From contig BK006937.2 in assembly GCA_000146045.2 (NCBI GenBank), positions 252,621 through 316,620 on the forward strand: a stretch of DNA of 64,000 bases. The letters are read 5' to 3'. The stretch comes from TPA_inf: Saccharomyces. Lineage: Eukaryota. Position 1 is the stretch's first letter. The number at the start of each line of letters is the position of its first letter. Positions 58,338-64,000 of this stretch are shown piece by piece. The position numbers were made by a program, and so were the translations under genes. The notes under the pieces are model-generated. The model was not told the origin of the DNA, did not search any database, and was given only the letters and a program-made list of their open reading frames with translations.

Positions 58338-60836
58338 ATGGATTCGATTACAGTAAAAAAACCTCGGTTAAGATTGGTTTGCCTGCAATGCAAAAAGATC
58401 AAACGGAAATGTGATAAACTGCGGCCTGCTTGCTCGCGATGCCAACAAAATTCATTACAGTGTGAATATGAAGAGAGAACAGATTTATCTGCCAATGTTG
58501 CAGCAAACGACTCTGATGGATTCAATTCCTCTCATAAGCTCAATTTCGAACAGCAACCTGTACTTGAAAGGACTGGGCTTAGATATTCCTTACAAGTGCC
58601 TGAAGGTGTCGTTAATGCTACGCTGTCGATATGGAACGCCGAAGATATGCTAGTTATAGTAGGATTAGTTACATTTCTGGATTATCCTTTTGCTGCGCAT
58701 AGTCTGGCGCAACATGACCAGTATATCAGGGCACTTTGTGCTTCGTTGTACGGCATGGCGCTTGTTGACTTTAGCAATTATGCTAATGGTATTCCTTGTG
58801 AAGACACATCAAGAAGTATACTAGGACCATTGTCATTCATAGAAAAGGCCATTTTTAGACGGATAGAACATAGTAAGCAATTTCGAGTTCAGTCTGCCGC
58901 CTTAGGGTTATTATACAATGCATTTTCAATGGAAGAAGAAAACTTCTCGACTCTTCTACCGTCACTCATCGCTGAAGTGGAAGACGTGTTGATGCAAAAA
59001 AAAGACTGTGAAATACTTTTGAGGTGTTTCTATCAAAATATTTATCCCTTCTATCCTTTTATGGACATTTCACTCTTTGAGAGCGATCTCACTAGTTTGC
59101 TTTTACAAGACGACAATAATCGTTGGAAAATTAGTACTGAAGTTAAAAATGTGCGCAAAAAAATAGAAACTTTGTCATTACTTACAATAGTAATGGCCAT
59201 GGCCTTGATGCATTCAAAATTGGATGCAAATCTTCTTTCAATGGTAAAAGAAAATGCCTCCGAAAGTGCCAGGAAACTTTCTCTTTTATGTCATAAACTA
59301 TTATGCCTCCTGGATGTATTTCGCTATCCAAATGAGAACACTTTTACTTGCCTTTTATATTTCTACGTTTCAGAGCATTTAGATCCCGAGAGTCCCGATT
59401 GTGTACTGAGCCCCACTAACTTGCTTACTCTGCACCATCTTTTAAATTTGTCCATGACCTTAGGTCTTCAATATGAGCCTTCGAAGTACAAACGTTTCAA
59501 AGATCCAGAAGTGATAAGGCAGAGACGGATATTATGGTTAGGAGTTCAGTCATTACTTTTTCAAATTTCTCTTGCTGAAGGTGATGCTGGTAAATCAAAT
59601 AGTGAATATATGGAGGCATATTTAACAGACTTCGAAGAATATATTGAAGCTTCCTCAGAGTATGAAAAAAGTTCTGCGAGTGAATCGAACGTGCAAATGA
59701 ATGATATTGTTTGGAATAAGTACAAATTTCACGTCATTTTGAGTAAACTAATGTCTGATTGCACTTCAGTTATACAACATCCGCAGCTTTTCCACATTTT
59801 AGGAAATATTAAAAGATCTGAAGATTTTATGGCTGAGAACTTTCCTACAAGTTCGATTTACCAACCCCTTCATGAAAAGGAACCAAATGCGATCAAAGTT
59901 GGCAAAAGTACGGTTCTCGATGTCATGGATATTCAAAAAACTGAAATATTTCTTACAAATATTGTGGGAAGTATGTGTTTTTTAAACATTTTTGATGTCC
60001 TATCGTTACATTTTGAAAAAAAATGTGTTATGCACTGGGAAGAATATGAAAAGAACTATCATTTCCTTACTTTGAAAAGTTTCAATGCATACTTAAAGCT
60101 AGCAGGGTTGATATCTGATTATCTCGAGAATAAGTTTCAAGGGAACATTTTAGAGAGTCGCGGTTATATCATAGATAAACAAATATGTTTTATGCTTGTA
60201 AGGATCTGGATGTTCCAATGTCGTATTTTGTTAAGGTTTTCATACAAGCAAGAAAGTCAGAAAAAATTGGCCTCTTCCAGTATATCCACTAACGATAATG
60301 AAAAAGAAGATGAAATGATTGTCATTTTAGAAAGACTTATTAAACACATTCGTAACCAAATGGCACATTTAGTGGATCTAGCAAAGGGAAAACTTCAAGA
60401 TAGTTACTTTGGTGCTTACCAAACTGTTCCCATGTTTAGATACGTTGTGTATTTGATCGATGTTGGCGGCTTAGTATCTGTGACAAATGGGTTTTGGGAT
60501 AAGATTTCCAGTGATGGTGAAATACCGCCAAAAGTACAACAAGCCGTGAGATTGAAATGGGGATTGGACTGCAATAATTCGAGAAGAATCAAACAAAAGT
60601 TAATAAGCAGCCAGAGTTTGCAGAGTTTCAATCAAGTTCTGTTGTGCCAGATGGAGGATGCAGTTCTCTCCAGTTCCTTCGCAATAAAAGCCAATACCGC
60701 TATGTCCCAAAACACGGCTGAAGAATTTTTCAATATCAGCGAAGAAGAGGCTTTAAATCAACTATTGGAAAACAACAATTTTGATGCCTTCTGGGATTTA
60801 TTAGGTGAAAATCTGAGCGATATGCCTTCTTTGTGA
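58338..60836 (+). CDS. RDS1: Zn2Cys6 binuclear-cluster transcription factor
   Basis: 832-aa ORF with an N-terminal CLQCKKIKRKCDKLRPACSRCQQNSLQCEY zinc-cluster motif and a fungal-specific TF middle homology region. Confidence 0.8.
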   Translation: MDSITVKKPRLRLVCLQCKKIKRKCDKLRPACSRCQQNSLQCEYEERTDLSANVAANDSDGFNSSHKLNFEQQPVLERTGLRYSLQVPEGVVNATLSIWNAEDMLVIVGLVTFLDYPFAAHSLAQHDQYIRALCASLYGMALVDFSNYANGIPCEDTSRSILGPLSFIEKAIFRRIEHSKQFRVQSAALGLLYNAFSMEEENFSTLLPSLIAEVEDVLMQKKDCEILLRCFYQNIYPFYPFMDISLFESDLTSLLLQDDNNRWKISTEVKNVRKKIETLSLLTIVMAMALMHSKLDANLLSMVKENASESARKLSLLCHKLLCLLDVFRYPNENTFTCLLYFYVSEHLDPESPDCVLSPTNLLTLHHLLNLSMTLGLQYEPSKYKRFKDPEVIRQRRILWLGVQSLLFQISLAEGDAGKSNSEYMEAYLTDFEEYIEASSEYEKSSASESNVQMNDIVWNKYKFHVILSKLMSDCTSVIQHPQLFHILGNIKRSEDFMAENFPTSSIYQPLHEKEPNAIKVGKSTVLDVMDIQKTEIFLTNIVGSMCFLNIFDVLSLHFEKKCVMHWEEYEKNYHFLTLKSFNAYLKLAGLISDYLENKFQGNILESRGYIIDKQICFMLVRIWMFQCRILLRFSYKQESQKKLASSSISTNDNEKEDEMIVILERLIKHIRNQMAHLVDLAKGKLQDSYFGAYQTVPMFRYVVYLIDVGGLVSVTNGFWDKISSDGEIPPKVQQAVRLKWGLDCNNSRRIKQKLISSQSLQSFNQVLLCQMEDAVLSSSFAIKANTAMSQNTAEEFFNISEEEALNQLLENNNFDAFWDLLGENLSDMPSL

Positions 60837-61050
60837 GAATACGGATATTTGGAAAGGCTAAAAAAAAAAAAACAAGCCAAAAACAAGAAACACTGTTATC
60901 CTCCACGTTTTTTCCACTGTTTTAAGACTCGACAAGACGGAAAGATTCCTCACATTTCGCAGTGTTTCTTTTAACCTGCTCGTCAATTTGAAAAAATGAG
61001 CATGGTTAGGCAGGCGGAATGTAATAGGTGCGGTGCGTATAAATAAGTAT

Positions 61051-61081
61051 CTCGGCCGTTCCTCTATTGCGCTCGGCCGAG
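61051..61081 (+). promoter_or_regulatory. Direct repeat CTCGGCCG ×2 (21-bp spacing) next to the TATA box in the AAD3 promoter
   Basis: tataaataag tat ctcggccg ttcctctattgcg ctcggccgag; the second copy is a perfect 10-bp palindrome, CTCGGCCGAG. Confidence 0.3.
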
Positions 61082-61269
61082 ATGTCCTACATGCATAAAA
61101 TAGATTAAAAAAAGGGATCACGATACTCAAATATGCATATAATAACAACAACACACTTTGCGGTAAATAGAAGGATAATATCGTAATCTTTTGCTGGTTT
61201 CGATGATGACTTGAAAAAATTCAATTACTCTTTCGATCATCTAGAAGAAGCATATCCATCGTGCTTAAA

Positions 61270-62361
61270 ATGATTGGGTCCGCGTCCGACTCATCTAGCA
61301 AGTTAGGACGCCTCCGATTTCTTTCTGAAACTGCCGCTATTAAAGTATCCCCGTTAATCCTAGGAGAAGTCTCATACGATGGAGCACGTTCGGATTTTCT
61401 CAAATCAATGAACAAGAATCGAGCTTTTGAATTGCTTGATACTTTTTACGAGGCAGGTGGAAATTTCATTGATGCCGCAAACAACTGCCAAAACGAGCAA
61501 TCAGAAGAATGGATTGGTGAATGGATACAGTCCAGAAGGTTACGTGATCAAATTGTCATTGCAACCAAGTTTATAAAAAGCGATAAAAAGTATAAAGCAG
61601 GTGAAAGTAACACTGCCAACTACTGTGGTAATCACAAGCGTAGTTTACATGTGAGTGTGAGGGATTCTCTCCGCAAATTGCAAACTGATTGGATTGATAT
61701 ACTTTACGTTCACTGGTGGGATTATATGAGTTCAATCGAAGAATTTATGGATAGTTTGCATATTCTGGTCCAGCAGGGCAAGGTCCTCTATTTGGGTGTA
61801 TCTGATACACCTGCTTGGGTTGTTTCTGCGGCAAACTACTACGCTACATCTTATGGTAAAACTCCCTTTAGTATCTACCAAGGTAAATGGAACGTGTTGA
61901 ACAGAGATTTTGAGCGTGATATTATTCCAATGGCTAGGCATTTCGGTATGGCCCTCGCCCCATGGGATGTCATGGGAGGTGGAAGATTTCAGAGTAAAAA
62001 AGCAATGGAGGAACGGAGGAAGAATGGAGAGGGTATTCGTTCTTTCGTTGGCGCCTCCGAACAAACAGATGCAGAAATCAAGATTAGTGAAGCATTGGCC
62101 AAGATTGCTGAGGAACATGGCACTGAGTCTGTTACTGCTATTGCTATTGCCTATGTTCGCTCTAAGGCGAAAAATTTTTTTCCGTCGGTTGAAGGAGGAA
62201 AAATTGAGGATCTCAAAGAGAACATTAAGGCTCTCAGTATCGATCTAACGCCAGACAATATAAAATACTTAGAAAGTATAGTTCCTTTTGACATCGGATT
62301 TCCTAATAATTTTATCGTGTTAAATTCCTTGACTCAAAAATATGGTACGAATAATGTTTAG
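61270..62361 (+). CDS. AAD3: Aryl-alcohol dehydrogenase (aldo-keto reductase family)
   Basis: 366-aa ORF (363 aa from MIGSASD) recognised as an AKR-superfamily aryl-alcohol dehydrogenase and a member of the subtelomeric AAD paralog family. Confidence 0.8.
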   Translation: MIGSASDSSSKLGRLRFLSETAAIKVSPLILGEVSYDGARSDFLKSMNKNRAFELLDTFYEAGGNFIDAANNCQNEQSEEWIGEWIQSRRLRDQIVIATKFIKSDKKYKAGESNTANYCGNHKRSLHVSVRDSLRKLQTDWIDILYVHWWDYMSSIEEFMDSLHILVQQGKVLYLGVSDTPAWVVSAANYYATSYGKTPFSIYQGKWNVLNRDFERDIIPMARHFGMALAPWDVMGGGRFQSKKAMEERRKNGEGIRSFVGASEQTDAEIKISEALAKIAEEHGTESVTAIAIAYVRSKAKNFFPSVEGGKIEDLKENIKALSIDLTPDNIKYLESIVPFDIGFPNNFIVLNSLTQKYGTNNV

Positions 62362-62895
62362 ATAATTTTTCAGTAATCAACTACGCAAGTAAAGCAGTAA
62401 ATACGTTACTGCTGGTATTAATGTCATGTATTGAGGCAATGATGCTATGCTCTTAACGACATGTAGCTTACAAAACGTTCCTATGGTTTTACTGCATGGT
62501 ATTTACAAATTAGATAGCAGTTCCATCCGCCCTTGACATATTATTATTCAGACAAGGTGTATATGAGCATAAATATGTATATATGCACATGAGGTTTGTA
62601 TTAACCTTGCAACTGTACCAAAATACAATCTTCTTTGCTGCTATTTAACGGCGTATGTGCAGTTCATAAATGCGTGTTCTGTATAGTACATCCGCGCACA
62701 TTCTTCCTAGCGGAAGACATATTAACGTAGCCCGTACGCCCTGGTTAAGACTTGGTATAGTTCCAATAATTGGAATATTACTGCATAGTGGTCCAATAGC
62801 AGGATTTAGCATAAACATGATAATATTTAGAGATGCTTTCATCCCTCTGACGAAGGTGGTAGAGAACAAGAAAATGAATAACATTATATCATATT

Positions 62896-62928
<33 letters not shown>

Positions 62929-62989
62929 TATAACGGTGGAAAATCCCGGCGATATTACAGATAAACATTACACCCGCATGAATGTGAGC

Positions 62990-63899
62990 CACTACTATAT
63001 TATAACTTAGTGAATAAAGAGTGTTACAATAGTGAGGTGCATATTATTCTAATGTAAGGTCTGTATAAGTACGAAATATTCTGAAGTGGCATCCAGTCAA
63101 GCAAATGGTAATATTAAGGAACTTTTAAGTTAATGACGTCATGGTAGTGCTCGTACTTCAAGTCAAAGTGTTTATGTATTATGGTTGAAGAATAGAATAT
63201 TTTTATGTTTAGGTGATTTTAGTGGTGATTTTTCTGTAATATTGACATAAGTGTATATAAATTAAGTGGTTAGTATACGGTGAAAAAGAGGTATAACGTA
63301 TGTATTAAGGGAATTTATACGATATTTGGGCCCGCCGAATGAGATATAGATATTAAAATGTGGATAATCGTGGGCTTTATGGGTAAATGGCACAGGGTAT
63401 AGACCGCTGAGGCAAGTGCCGTGCATAATGATGTGGGTGCATTTGGTACTGATTTAGTGAGAATGGGCCATGGATTGGAGTGTGAGAGTAGGGTAACTTG
63501 AGAGTGGTATATACTGTAGCATCCGTGTGCGTATGCCCCATCAATATAAGTGAAGGTGAGTATGGCATGTGGTGGTGGTATAGAGTGGTAGGGTAAGTAT
63601 GTATGTATTATTTACGATCATTTGTTAACGTTTCAATATGGTGGGTGAACAACAGTACAGTGAGTAGGACATGGTGGATGGTAGGGTAATAGTAGGGTAA
63701 GTGGTGGTGGAGTTGGATATGGGTAATTGGAGGGTAACGGTTATGATGGGCGGTGGATGGTGGTAGTAAGTAGAGAGATGGATGGTGGTTGGGAGTGGTA
63801 TGGTTGAGTGGGGCAGGGTAACGAGTGGGGAGGTAGGGTAATGTGAGGGTAGGTTTGGAGACAGGTAAAATCAGGGTTAGAATAGGGTAGTGTTAGGGT
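62990..63899. repeat. Subtelomeric X element (core X plus TTAGGG-containing subtelomeric repeats)
   Basis: The core region has an ACS match TTTTATGTTTA at 63201-63211 and an Abf1 consensus CGTGCATAATGAT (reverse RTCRYN5ACG) at 63419-63431. From about 63485 there are iterated (T)AGGGTAA/TTAGGG motifs (Tbf1-type sites). Boundaries are approximate. Confidence 0.55.
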
Positions 63900-64000
63900 A
63901 GTGTGTGGGTGTGGGTGTGTGGGTGTGGTGTGTGGGTGTGGTGTGTGTGGGTGTGGTGTGTGGGTGTGGGTGTGTGGGTGTGGTGGGTGTGGTGTGTGTG
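63900..64000 (+). repeat. Terminal telomeric TG1-3 repeat tract
   Basis: Irregular (TG)1-3 TGGG repeats, gtgtgtgggtgtgggtgtgtgggtgtggtg..., run to the end of the window with no Y' element. Confidence 0.95.

Noticed and set aside
63377-63568. 63-aa minus-strand ORF (YCR108C-like) within the X element
   Set aside because: It lies wholly within conserved subtelomeric X/STR repeat DNA and is probably non-coding.
62362-63899. Y' subtelomeric element
   Set aside because: There is no long helicase-like ORF or Y' homology between AAD3 and the TG tract. This end appears to be X-only.
1-64000. CRISPR arrays, operons or prokaryotic defence systems
   Set aside because: The sequence is eukaryotic (yeast), with spliceosomal introns, Pol III tRNA, Ty LTRs and a TG1-3 telomere. 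No direct-repeat/spacer architecture is present.

Overview
This window reads as the terminal ~64 kb of the right arm of Saccharomyces cerevisiae chromosome III (S288C-like), from about YCR079W to the right telomere. I identified it by recognising the translated ORFs; no database search was run.

Left to right the window holds PTC6, SRB8, AHC2, TRX3, TUP1(-), CSM1, YCR087C-A(-), ABP1, FIG2, YCR090C(-), KIN82, MSH3(-), CDC39/NOT1, CDC50 and OCA4(-). After OCA4 comes an ORF-free ~3 kb stretch with a PAU-gene relic and three solo LTRs. The silent mating-type cassette HMRa follows: HMR-E silencer, a2 on the minus strand, a1 with two ~50-nt introns, an intact HO site at the Ya/Z1 junction and a putative HMR-I. 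Right of HMR are a Ty1 solo delta and tRNA-Thr(AGU). The rest is subtelomeric: GIT1(-), a VPS10/VTH-like gene broken into three consecutive ORFs (YCR099C-101C), YCR102C(-), PAU3, ADH7, RDS1, AAD3, then an X element with TTAGGG-rich repeats and a terminal TG1-3 tract at 63900-64000.

Several annotated start codons lie a few codons inside the provided ORFs: CSM1, YCR090C, KIN82, MSH3, CDC50 and AAD3.

I see no convincing sign of a previously undescribed system; the dominant system, HMR silencing, is classical. Three sequence-level observations are worth a second look. First, duplicated TCGGCCG motifs sit close to the TATA region in the promoters of the two subtelomeric NADPH-dependent dehydrogenase genes ADH7 and AAD3. 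Second, the PAU relic and LTR cluster left of HMR-E look like a fossil subtelomere. Third, two solo deltas in the same orientation bracket the whole HMR locus. A near-perfect 327-bp tandem duplication inside FIG2 and an A10 run inside the MSH3 coding sequence are also noted.
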